Below are positions 55,516-64,000 of a stretch of 64,000 bases of DNA, in pieces; positions within the stretch are counted from its first letter, which is position 1; each line of letters begins with the position of its first letter. The stretch lies in the IMG/VR virus record IMGVR_UViG_3300030294_000003. One strand, given 5' to 3'. Origin of the DNA: a virus (lineage: Duplodnaviria; Heunggongvirae; Uroviricota; Caudoviricetes). The position numbers and the translations under genes were made by a program. Below the pieces are notes generated by a model. The model did not search any database. It was given only the letters and a program-made list of their open reading frames with translations, and was not told the DNA's origin.

Positions 55516-55733
55516 TATAATACTTCAAATATACTGTTTATAAATCGATTTATCTTAATTTTAAATAAATTATATTTTGTTGGTTTATATGGATTTTTAA
55601 TCTCAGTTATCATTTTTTCACCTAACCCATTAATTAATTGGTTTGCAAATGAATCCCTAAAATTATCATTTTTAATATTTAGCATGATATATTCAGATTC
55701 AGACTCTTTTATTTCTTTTTCCTCATTAATCAT
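55515..55733 (-). CDS. Hypothetical protein
   Basis: 72-aa ORF. Confidence 0.6.
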   Translation of the reverse strand: MINEEKEIKESESEYIMLNIKNDNFRDSFANQLINGLGEKMITEIKNPYKPTKYNLFKIKINRFINSIFEVL

Positions 55734-55748
55734 CTTTCCTATACCAGT

Positions 55749-55943
55749 TTAATATATTAAAATTTTTTTACTTGCGAATAAATAAACTTCTGATTTACCT
55801 TTAAATATGCCTTTACAAATTTTATCATCACCTTCGTGTTTTAAATCTTTATATTGATTCCCATAATATGCTAAATCATTGGTAAGATTTATAAAATCTT
55901 GTTCTATTGCTTGTTTTAAAAAAACATAATTTTTATTTTTCAA
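55749..55943 (-). CDS. Hypothetical protein
   Basis: 64-aa ORF. Confidence 0.5.
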   Translation of the reverse strand: MKNKNYVFLKQAIEQDFINLTNDLAYYGNQYKDLKHEGDDKICKGIFKGKSEVYLFASKKILIY

Positions 55944-56310
55944 AATGTTCTTCTATGTTATGTATTACCCAGCTCGTACCTGAGGCAATTGCCCCATCAC
56001 ACAATAAAATTAATATTGTAATAAACAAGAAATCAATACCATAATAGTCATATATAATTCGGCCAAATATCATATTCATTGGTGTAAATGAAAAACTGGA
56101 AATAAAAAATAAATTAATTACTGAAAAAAACATACCAACCCACATAGGTAGGCACATCATACAATCAAATAATTCACCAAATTTAGGATGTATTTTATTG
56201 GAACACGATCTCCACCAAGTAAAAATACCACCAGGACCATTTGAATATACGATCATGTTTGATAGACCGTATGATATAAAAATAAAAGATAGTAATACAA
56301 GTAGTTCCAT
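55933..56310 (-). CDS. DUF1360-like membrane protein
   Basis: Three hydrophobic segments, ELFDCMMCLPMWVG motif. Confidence 0.7.
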   Translation of the reverse strand: MELLVLLSFIFISYGLSNMIVYSNGPGGIFTWWRSCSNKIHPKFGELFDCMMCLPMWVGMFFSVINLFFISSFSFTPMNMIFGRIIYDYYGIDFLFITILILLCDGAIASGTSWVIHNIEEHFEK

Positions 56311-56786
56311 TATTCTGCTTTATTTGATATTTCAATGTCTGATTTGATAACACTTTTATCTTCAGTTAGTAATTCCCTTTTATCAGATGCTATTTCAGGT
56401 TCCACTTTTGATTTTTTATATGGGCGTTTTTGTTTACCACTAAATGTGAAATTTAGAGTTTTTAAATAATCTAATTCATTCTCTTTAAAAATTAATTCTA
56501 ATTTATCAATGTAAGAATTAAATAAAATATCCTTTTCTAAATCTACTAGATATGGGTTAATACTCTCTAATATTACATCTATAATGTCAGAAAAACTTAT
56601 ACTTACAATATCAGAACCAAAAACTACTTGCGTTGGTTTATTACTATCTCTCTGAACATCTATATCGCCATACATCTCCTGTAGAACCCATTCTGTGGGT
56701 ATAAACACTTTGACATACTTAAAGCCCTCGTAGATACCATTTATAATGTACCTATCGCCTAATTTGTTTATTTTTTCTTCTAACAT
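56310..56786 (-). CDS. Hypothetical protein
   Basis: 158-aa ORF. Confidence 0.65.
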   Translation of the reverse strand: MLEEKINKLGDRYIINGIYEGFKYVKVFIPTEWVLQEMYGDIDVQRDSNKPTQVVFGSDIVSISFSDIIDVILESINPYLVDLEKDILFNSYIDKLELIFKENELDYLKTLNFTFSGKQKRPYKKSKVEPEIASDKRELLTEDKSVIKSDIEISNKAE

Positions 56787-56797
56787 TTTATTTATTT

Positions 56798-56989
56798 TTA
56801 AAAAAAGATTATTGTAAGTATATAACTCACACTCAATCCGAAAAATAGTAAATCTTTACTCACAATTTCATACGAAATTTTCGCTTTTATACACTTATAT
56901 AGATGGAAAATTTCTTTCACTACTATCTGTATTGAAAGAAATAAAATAAATATCTTTAAAAAGTGAATGATAATTAAAAACATAACCAT
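56798..56989 (-). CDS. Small two-TM membrane protein
   Basis: Two hydrophobic helices. Confidence 0.6.
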   Translation of the reverse strand: MVMFLIIIHFLKIFILFLSIQIVVKEIFHLYKCIKAKISYEIVSKDLLFFGLSVSYILTIIFF

Positions 56990-57014
56990 AACATTTGTTT
57001 ATTTTAAATTCAAA

Positions 57015-57048
57015 ACAAATGTACGAATAATAATTAAGAAAAACAAGT
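57015..57048 (-). promoter_or_regulatory. Bacteroidota-type promoter
   Basis: Minus strand ACTTGTTTTTCT...GTACATTTGT. Confidence 0.8.
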
Positions 57049-57065
57049 TAAAACTATAAAATGTT

Positions 57066-57470
57066 TTATTTTTTTGCTAAAAATGTTAGGTCTTCATTTA
57101 CTGAAACATTTACTTTATACCAGCTTATATTTTTAGCTTTTATCTTAATTTGGTAATTCAGTGCTCCTTTTTTTTCTGTAAAATCATAAATTGTATCATC
57201 TAAAGGCGCTAATTTCCTATCAATGTAAATAGTATCACCATTATGTATTAGTCTATATTTAACTATTGTTAATGGTTTATTTATTCGCATAAAATTAATT
57301 GAGTCGGTAAGTCTTTCATTTTTACCAATTAAAATTTTATTTTCTAATTTGTGTAAATTTGCATTCTCGATAATTGACTGTCCATTTAAATAAAGTAATA
57401 AACACATTCCCGATAAAGATAATATTAAAACCCACTGTACTAAGTCTGCAACTAATTTATTTTTTGCCAT
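57066..57470 (-). CDS. N-terminally anchored protein with coiled coil (spanin-like candidate)
   Basis: One N-terminal TM, coiled-coil segment, directly downstream of the holin candidate. Confidence 0.45.
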   Translation of the reverse strand: MAKNKLVADLVQWVLILSLSGMCLLLYLNGQSIIENANLHKLENKILIGKNERLTDSINFMRINKPLTIVKYRLIHNGDTIYIDRKLAPLDDTIYDFTEKKGALNYQIKIKAKNISWYKVNVSVNEDLTFLAKK

Positions 57471-57492
57471 AGTGAAACGTATTAAATAAAGT

Positions 57493-58215
57493 TTATTTTG
57501 TTGATTGATATAAATCTAAAAGTATAGCTATTTTCTGTGATGCATCAATAATCTTCCCATCGGCGTTCTTGTTAATTGGTTTTTCTATATATGAAATACC
57601 TAAAAAACCAATAGCCATATTACTCCCAGTTAATGATACCATATATAGATATTTTACATTATTTTGAGACATTCTATTAGCTAATTTTACATCTATTTTT
57701 TTCAGATCTTCTATAGTTCCTTTAAATATTTTATTTTTATAAACATGAGCAACGAAGCTAAATCTGGAAAGATTAATATTACCATATTCTTCAGCAATTG
57801 GTGGCATATCTGGATTTATCATTTGTTCATAGGTTATTTCTCCATAAACAAATGGTAATCCTGTTGGGTTATTTGACCCGTTATGCATTTCAATAACAAA
57901 TACTCTATCTGAACTTGTTTCTATTAATAACTTTAATAATATAGCATCTATCTGAGGATTTATTTGATTCAATCTTAATTGCATAGTTGTTGAATGTTTT
58001 TTTGTCTCTTCAATTTTCTGATCCTGCATTACTTTTGTTACAATAGCTTTTTGATTTATAAATAAGGCGAGAGTTAAAGCAAATAATATTAATACAAATA
58101 GCCCACCAAAAACCCTAAATAAACCATATTTATCAATCATCCTCAACGTTCTTTCCAACAACCCTAACTTGTCATTTATTTGCTCATCTATCTTAGTTGT
58201 TGGTATTATATTCAT
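57493..58215 (-). CDS. T4 gpT-like holin candidate (single TM + GAF-like domain)
   Basis: TM at ~aa 32-57; SSDRVFVIEMHNG and IGFLGISY beta segments of GAF type. Confidence 0.55.
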   Translation of the reverse strand: MNIIPTTKIDEQINDKLGLLERTLRMIDKYGLFRVFGGLFVLILFALTLALFINQKAIVTKVMQDQKIEETKKHSTTMQLRLNQINPQIDAILLKLLIETSSDRVFVIEMHNGSNNPTGLPFVYGEITYEQMINPDMPPIAEEYGNINLSRFSFVAHVYKNKIFKGTIEDLKKIDVKLANRMSQNNVKYLYMVSLTGSNMAIGFLGISYIEKPINKNADGKIIDASQKIAILLDLYQSTK

Positions 58216-58265
58216 TTTTTTAACTCAGCTTATATTTTATTTTAATGATGAGAAAATATGGAATT

Positions 58266-59108
58266 CTAATCCAACAAACTACGCATCTTTTCTATTCCTT
58301 TTTGTATTTGTGAATCTTCTTGTTTCCTTTGTTCGTTAGTTGGTGTTCCAAATTGTTCTTTACTATCGTAATTATATAACTTTTTAATTCTATTAAATTC
58401 TTCGGCTAATTTAATTTTATTTTCATACCCCTTAATTACAGCCTCATTTATTAAGCCATTTATTTTCCAGGCTATTAAATATTCATTTTGATTTTTATCT
58501 TTCATAATGAAATTACACCCATCTTTTTTATAATCTTCTGGGATTAAACTAAGCATATGACTTTCACCTAAAAATTGAGTGTTTTTAAAATTCAAACGTA
58601 GTGTTTTAGTTAAATCTACACTCTCAAATGCGGTAGGCTTCTTTGGTAAATCAATAAATTTCGAAACCAGACCTGTGCTTTTTAGAATATGCTCTTTATC
58701 TGTTTTATCTTCGCTTGATTTATCAGCTGCTTTATAATATTCTTTATTCCCTTTATCGCTCGTAGCTGCATCCTCTTTATCTACACTATTACCCATTGAT
58801 GGGTCACCTTCGATGCCTTTTTTTACACGTTCTTTCCATTTGTCACCAGGATCACTAGGAAACTCAAGATCTAAATTTGTTTTATTGTTATTTATATCAC
58901 CTTTAGCATCATTGAATTTAACTGGATTGCTTTCATCACCAATATTTTTTTTAGTGGTTGCACCAGTGTATTCTAATGTATTTTTATTGGATTCGATATT
59001 GGATTTTTTATTTTTATCAGTAACACCTGGACCAAGAACTGGCTTGAATTCAGAGATACCTTCTCCAATCATTTCACGTAATTGTTTTCCAGTTAAGATG
59101 GTTTCCAT
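58266..59108 (-). CDS. Probable late/virion protein
   Basis: TATTTATA motif at 59172-59179 (minus); LRE/ISE motifs; low-complexity charged region. Confidence 0.65.
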   Translation of the reverse strand: METILTGKQLREMIGEGISEFKPVLGPGVTDKNKKSNIESNKNTLEYTGATTKKNIGDESNPVKFNDAKGDINNNKTNLDLEFPSDPGDKWKERVKKGIEGDPSMGNSVDKEDAATSDKGNKEYYKAADKSSEDKTDKEHILKSTGLVSKFIDLPKKPTAFESVDLTKTLRLNFKNTQFLGESHMLSLIPEDYKKDGCNFIMKDKNQNEYLIAWKINGLINEAVIKGYENKIKLAEEFNRIKKLYNYDSKEQFGTPTNEQRKQEDSQIQKGIEKMRSLLD

Positions 59109-59212
59109 ATAATTTTTATTTTCGTTTTATTTTCAATTAACTATTGTAATAAATTACTTTTATTATAAGTATATAAATATTATTATTTATACTATTTTTT
59201 TGAAAATTATTT

Positions 59213-59668
59213 TCATAATCCACCTATTTTTCTATTGATTGGTGACATAAACGGAATTTCAAAGCTACCACCAACTGAACTACACGTATTTACTCCACCC
59301 ATATCTCCACCACCTTCACCATCTTCAGTTACAAGTTCTTGTTCTGGAAACATATCATAATATAATCTATCAACTTTTCGTTCGAAATTTTTCTTTGGAA
59401 CCATTAATTTAATCTCTGTTAAACCTGTATCCTCTGATAATTCTAACTTTCTTTCAACTAGACCAAATCTCAGTAACTTATTTAATACTTCGCTATTTCT
59501 TAATCCATTTAAACCCCAGAAATTACCTTTATTTATTGTATGATTATTTGAAAGCATTTCATATAAAAAAGATTTTACTTCTTTAATGAACTCATCTCTT
59601 GATATTTTTTGAGCTTCAATAGACTCTTTTAATATCATTAAATTATCTTTATTAATAAGTATGTTCAT
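59213..59668 (-). CDS. Probable late/virion protein
   Basis: LKE and VTE motifs, Gly-rich C-terminus. Confidence 0.65.
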   Translation of the reverse strand: MNILINKDNLMILKESIEAQKISRDEFIKEVKSFLYEMLSNNHTINKGNFWGLNGLRNSEVLNKLLRFGLVERKLELSEDTGLTEIKLMVPKKNFERKVDRLYYDMFPEQELVTEDGEGGGDMGGVNTCSSVGGSFEIPFMSPINRKIGGL

Positions 59669-59675
59669 TAGTTAA

Positions 59676-59882
59676 TTATTTATTTATTGTATCGGCCCAG
59701 AAATTTTTACGTTGCCATAATAGTTTATATAACTCCTCTATTACTTTGGCTGAAATTACCTTTGTTCTTGCTTCAAAATCTTTTGATTTTAATTGCTTTG
59801 CGTTTTCATCTCTAATTAAACTAATAATTTCAGGCTTTGAAAATTCTTCTTTAATTAATTGTTTTAATCTGTTCGGTTCCAT
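59676..59882 (-). CDS. Probable late/virion protein
   Basis: TATTTATA motif at 59906-59913 (minus); IKE motif. Confidence 0.65.
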   Translation of the reverse strand: MEPNRLKQLIKEEFSKPEIISLIRDENAKQLKSKDFEARTKVISAKVIEELYKLLWQRKNFWADTINK

Positions 59883-59971
59883 ATATTATTTTAATATATT
59901 TTTAATATAAATAGTATGTAAAATAAAAAAAGCTAGATTTCTCTAACTTTTTAACTATATAAATAAAATAA

Positions 59972-60421
59972 TTATTTATTTTGATAATCCCCCAATTTTT
60001 CATCCCAATATGTTTTCCACTGGTCTTTTAAAACTACGAGTTTACCAAGTTTATCAGATGTGTCTTTTGATAGTAAAACAGAATCACCCCAAATATATAA
60101 TCCACCACTTTGATCATTATATCTGAATTGAAATTTTAAATTGTTCATTCCCGTAATTTCACCATTAAACACAACATCACTATCCGCTGTATAAACTATT
60201 AATGAATTAGAGTCTGTTTTAACTGCCCCAACAAATTTCTGTAAGTTAGCCTTTAATTCCATAAAATATGGATCACTCTCTGGAATTACAATTGTATTTG
60301 AGGTATCATTGTTGGATGGGTCTGCTGTTTCAAACTCTTCTGTTAATCGACGTAGTGTTTGACACATTTTTCTGGTAATATCCGATTCGTTTAAAAGTAC
60401 CACGTTACTATTTTTAGTCAT
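59972..60421 (-). CDS. Probable late/virion protein
   Basis: TATTTATA motif at 60437-60444 (minus); LNE and LTE motifs. Confidence 0.65.
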   Translation of the reverse strand: MTKNSNVVLLNESDITRKMCQTLRRLTEEFETADPSNNDTSNTIVIPESDPYFMELKANLQKFVGAVKTDSNSLIVYTADSDVVFNGEITGMNNLKFQFRYNDQSGGLYIWGDSVLLSKDTSDKLGKLVVLKDQWKTYWDEKLGDYQNK

Positions 60422-60446
60422 TTTACTTATTTTTATTATAAATAGT

Positions 60447-61181
60447 TCAAAAAACGGTTTTTTCTAAATATTTACACCTAATTTTACGAATCGACTCATC
60501 AATTATTTTAGAAATTCGCATATATGAGATATTATACATTTTAGATAATTCAGTAATATTTAATTCATCATGTTCTTCAATTCCGAAATAATGTTTAACA
60601 ATGGTAGATTCTCTTGGGCTAAGTTCATCTAAATAAAATAACACACTTTTAAACATGTCTTCAATTGCCTCAAATTCAGCTTTTTCATTTTCATCATCTG
60701 AAAAGCTTTGAATAGATGATTTTATTGTTTTATCTATACTAATATCGTTTACATCTTTATCTAATTCATTAAGCACTTCTACTCCATTAGTCATAATATC
60801 AAATTTAAAATTTGGCTCTCGTATTTCTAACCACTTACCCTCGTTTTTAATGGATGACGTAATTGCCTCTTTAATTTGCCAGTAAGCGTATGTAGAAAAT
60901 TTAGTACCAATCTTATAGTCAAACTTATTTGCTGCGAGTATAAGACCTCTATTTCCCTCACAAACTAGATCTTTATATTCTACACCTCTATCTTTATACA
61001 TTGATGCAATATATGGGACTAATTTTAAATTTGAAGTGACCAGCTTATCTCTTGATTTTAGATCTCCTTTTTGAATTGCTTTACTTAATTGTTTTTCCTC
61101 TTTTAAATTAATTCTTGAAAATTTTTTCATTTCAAGGCCATATTGCTTTAGAACATTATACTCTTTTAATTCTTCTCTCAT
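60447..61181 (-). CDS. RNA polymerase sigma-70 family factor
   Basis: SRDKLVTSNLKLV, DLVCEGNRGLILAANKFD...KFSTYAYWQI (region 2), LSPRES.IV..YFG...ELS......RI (region 4). Confidence 0.92.
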   Translation of the reverse strand: MREELKEYNVLKQYGLEMKKFSRINLKEEKQLSKAIQKGDLKSRDKLVTSNLKLVPYIASMYKDRGVEYKDLVCEGNRGLILAANKFDYKIGTKFSTYAYWQIKEAITSSIKNEGKWLEIREPNFKFDIMTNGVEVLNELDKDVNDISIDKTIKSSIQSFSDDENEKAEFEAIEDMFKSVLFYLDELSPRESTIVKHYFGIEEHDELNITELSKMYNISYMRISKIIDESIRKIRCKYLEKTVF

Positions 61182-61184
61182 TTT

Positions 61185-63602
61185 TTATTGGTTATTACCA
61201 TTAATTTCTATTTTAGCGGATGAAATATTTTTCTGTTTGTCGATTCGGACGGTAGTGCTATGCCAATCCTTAATAGAATCCAGATGGGTGACGTGTAAAA
61301 TGAATTGATAATCCTTTTCAATTTTCTTATACATTTCTCTCATGTTATCATAGTTCTCACTCGCAACTCCGCCAAGAATTTCATCTAAAATTAAAAAGTT
61401 TGGTCTTGGCATTGTTGATATATTCCCAAGAACACATCTTAAAGCCAGCGCCGATGCTGTTTTTTCGAAACCAGACGCACCGCCCAAACTTGATGCCACA
61501 TCATCTTTAATTATATTAAAAACTACCTCGTTTTTATCTGTTAAAGCAACTTCAATGTCAAAATCACAAACATCTTCCAAAAGTCTACTTAATTCGGAAT
61601 TTATAATTGGTAGTGTTTTCTTTAACACCATTTTCGAAATACCATTTTTACCAACCATTTCTAAATAAGCTTTCCAATCTCTGATTAAAATAGCTTCAGT
61701 ATTAATTTCTTTAATTAATAACTCATTTGTTTTAATTTTTTTATCTAATTCAACAATATTCCTTTCGAAATTTTCAATTTCTCTTAATTTGGCATCTCTT
61801 TCTATTGTAAGTGATCTAATTTTTGCATTGATGTTTATTAGACTGATATCTATCTGATTATTCTTTTCAATTGCACCCTTATTTTCATTAAAATCTTTAA
61901 TTTTTTGTTCATTTTCTTTGTATTGAGATAATAAATTTTGAATTTGGACTGGTATTATTTCAATTAAACCTATTAATTTTGCTTTTTTATCGAAAGTTTT
62001 TTTATTATTTTCTAATTCAATAATTTCAGATTTAGTTGTATTTAAATTATTAGCTGATGTTATTCCAGATTTTTTTAATTCTTCTATTTTTAATTCGTTT
62101 TGTGATATTGCACCAGAATTATCCAAACCATCATATTTCCTTTTACATGTTGGGCAAAACTCGCTTTTAGTTAAATTTTCGTTTGTTAATTTTAATGTGG
62201 TAATTTTATTTTTTATATTACTTATTTCAATTGAAATTTCTTTATCTAAATTAATCTTACCCTTATAAATAATTTCATCGAATGTAATATCTTTTAATAG
62301 TTCAAACTCTGATTTATATCCAGCTAATTCTAATCGTTTAGATGCACCTTCTTGTTTTATTTTTTCAATTCTACCGTTTACCGTATTAATATCTAATTTT
62401 AATATATTTTGATCGATTTGTTTTTTTGAAAGTAATAATGTGTCCTTGGATTGCTGTTCGATTTCTGTTAACTTATTTAGCTCAGTAACTCTGGTTTTCG
62501 ATAAATTAATATTTTCATTATTTGTTTTGATAGAGATATTATTGTTTTCAATTACCGAAGTTAATTCTATTTTATCATATAACTTTGATTTTAAACCTTT
62601 TTCAAATTCTTTATATTTATCCTTTGCAAATTTATCTTTTTCCTCCAGTGGTGATAATCCTACCCATTTAGATAATAATTTACCTGTTTCTGTTTTACCC
62701 ATTTCAATTAGAGAGAATAGATCAGTAGCAGTTGTCATTACAATCATTCCAAAATCTTTTTCGTTACCGATAGCTTCTTTTATTATTTTATTGGTTTTTA
62801 CTGAATACTCACCCTGTTCGTTTGAAATAGAATCCGTTAATTCTTCCTTTTCACCATTTATTATTTGGTAATATTTAACCTTTTGTGATGCATCTCCCCA
62901 TTCACCAGTACGTTTTTTTGCTCTTGTAACTACTCGTTCAATTACATAAGTTAACCCGTCTATTTTAATACCACCACATACATTAAAGGTTGTAACATCT
63001 AAATATTTATTGAAACATTCTGATAACGTGTATGGCTTTTGAGTTTTTCCGAAGTATAAAAATGATACTAAATCCATAGCGAAACTAGTTTTTCCGTTTT
63101 GATTTCCACTAGTTACTCCGTCTATACTACCATTCAAAAGAATTAAGCCTTTTAAGTCTGTATAATCAAACCTATTATCTGGACCGTAACTTAGGAAATT
63201 GCTCCATTCAATCCATTCCAATTCAGATTTTCTAAACTTTTCATAAACATCGTAATCAATTTTGGAATTTATCTCAGAATCAATAACCTTTATATGTTCA
63301 AAATCAATATTCTCGATTTTATTATCGATAATGTAATCATTAAATAGTTTTAATTGAAATTTTGGATCTTGAATATTATTTATAACCTCGGACGAAACAT
63401 CTATTTGTTCTCCTTTTTCATTTAATTTGATCGCATTAAAAGAAACTTTTACCGATTCTTTTGGTATTCCATATCTATCGGCAAATGTCGATATAATATG
63501 TTTTTTTGATTCATGAGAATAGTTAATTGGATTGTCGTTCCATTCAACATTGATTTTTGATTTCTTCCCTACTTTAACTCTATATTTATTATTTACTGAC
63601 AT
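61185..63602 (-). CDS. sbcC: SbcC/Rad50 (T4 gp46-like) recombination ATPase
   Basis: NFLSYG, GNQNGKTS Walker A, CPTC zinc hook, ASGFEK signature, LILDE, VTH. Confidence 0.9.
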   Translation of the reverse strand: MSVNNKYRVKVGKKSKINVEWNDNPINYSHESKKHIISTFADRYGIPKESVKVSFNAIKLNEKGEQIDVSSEVINNIQDPKFQLKLFNDYIIDNKIENIDFEHIKVIDSEINSKIDYDVYEKFRKSELEWIEWSNFLSYGPDNRFDYTDLKGLILLNGSIDGVTSGNQNGKTSFAMDLVSFLYFGKTQKPYTLSECFNKYLDVTTFNVCGGIKIDGLTYVIERVVTRAKKRTGEWGDASQKVKYYQIINGEKEELTDSISNEQGEYSVKTNKIIKEAIGNEKDFGMIVMTTATDLFSLIEMGKTETGKLLSKWVGLSPLEEKDKFAKDKYKEFEKGLKSKLYDKIELTSVIENNNISIKTNNENINLSKTRVTELNKLTEIEQQSKDTLLLSKKQIDQNILKLDINTVNGRIEKIKQEGASKRLELAGYKSEFELLKDITFDEIIYKGKINLDKEISIEISNIKNKITTLKLTNENLTKSEFCPTCKRKYDGLDNSGAISQNELKIEELKKSGITSANNLNTTKSEIIELENNKKTFDKKAKLIGLIEIIPVQIQNLLSQYKENEQKIKDFNENKGAIEKNNQIDISLININAKIRSLTIERDAKLREIENFERNIVELDKKIKTNELLIKEINTEAILIRDWKAYLEMVGKNGISKMVLKKTLPIINSELSRLLEDVCDFDIEVALTDKNEVVFNIIKDDVASSLGGASGFEKTASALALRCVLGNISTMPRPNFLILDEILGGVASENYDNMREMYKKIEKDYQFILHVTHLDSIKDWHSTTVRIDKQKNISSAKIEINGNNQ

Positions 63603-63629
63603 ATAAACTTATTATATTGATTAATTTTT

Positions 63630-63663
63630 ACAAATGTACGTAAAAGAATCAAGAAAAACAAGT
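63630..63663 (-). promoter_or_regulatory. Bacteroidota-type promoter
   Basis: Minus strand ACTTGTTTTTCT...GTACATTTGT upstream of sbcC. Confidence 0.8.
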
Positions 63664-63677
63664 TGCTTTTAATATAA

Positions 63678-64000
63678 TTATACCATATAACACTTTAAAA
63701 TTGTTTTGGTTTGGCCATATGTTAATGAATTTGGGTTGATGTCGGAAAGATATATATATTTATTACCAGTAGCAATTCCACACTCATTTAACTCTGTATA
63801 ATAATAATTATCACCAACACCATTAAATAATAACCCATTATTATCTACTATAGCCCACATAGAAGTATCATTTAATTGACAATTTGGTGAATTTAATATA
63901 TTTTCAAAATAATAATATCTATCAGATTCTTGGTCGTATATCACTCTATTCTCAAATCCACTATCATCTGTGCTTGTATACCCTGTTGTAACTAAATCCG
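63678..64000 (-). CDS. Hypothetical protein, 5'-truncated by window edge
   Basis: Frame is open from 63998 (DLVTTGYTSTDDSG...) into the tracked ORF. Confidence 0.65.
   Translation of the reverse strand, partial: DLVTTGYTSTDDSGFENRVIYDQESDRYYYFENILNSPNCQLNDTSMWAIVDNNGLLFNGVGDNYYYTELNECGIATGNKYIYLSDINPNSLTYGQTKTILKCYMV

Noticed and set aside
3054-62871. Tracked ORFs antisense to or out of frame within real genes (e.g. 3054, 5155, 6922, 9016, 11163, 12631, 18372, 28340, 31129, 34945, 36335, 44008, 58813, 62440)
   Set aside because: Shadow ORFs of AT-rich coding DNA; they lack promoters and motifs and overlap better-supported genes.
1-64000. Alternative genetic code (TAG/TGA reassignment, as in some Bacteroidota megaphages)
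   Set aside because: Long conserved genes (Nampt, Clp, SbcC, CCA) are uninterrupted in code 11, and TAG/TGA codons end genes right before promoters, terminators or ATGA overlaps.
1-64000. tRNA, rRNA or tmRNA genes
   Set aside because: No cloverleaf with a TTC(G/A)A T-loop and acceptor stem was seen in the intergenic gaps by eye; a tRNAscan/ARAGORN run would be decisive.

Overview
A 64-kb internal fragment of a very AT-rich lytic jumbo/mega-phage genome, most likely infecting Bacteroidota. Evidence for the host is 13 copies of a TTG-N~21-TAnnTTTG promoter plus DUF3127- and DUF4494-like genes. Genes run mostly on + from 1 to 27400 and mostly on - from 27614 to 64000, meeting at a hairpin-rich convergence point. 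Standard genetic code. Recognisable content: NAD reconstitution pair (PRS-like + Nampt-like), two macro-domain proteins, RlmN-like radical SAM enzyme, RNA/tRNA repair-type enzymes (CCA-adding enzyme, kinase-HAD fusion, HAD, nucleotidyltransferases), three DNA methyltransferases, 5'-3' exonuclease, ClpA/C ATPase, GMP reductase/IMPDH, sigma-70 factor, SbcC/Rad50, a T4-like holin candidate, several free-standing endonucleases and a tnpB-only IS200/IS605 element with IS608-like ends. Most unusual signals: (1) a Cas-less CRISPR-like mini-array (36-bp repeats, 29-bp spacers) whose first repeat is the translated C-terminus of a small ORF (50111-50604); (2) a three-times repeated cassette of TATTTATA motif, tiny ribbon-helix-helix ORF (missed by the ORF track) and CPxHG-repeat endonuclease with swapped nuclease domains; (3) structured non-coding segments at 27411-27571 and 28517-28590; (4) an RlmN-like enzyme lacking the resolving cysteine. 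All family assignments are from motifs recognised by eye; no database searches were run.
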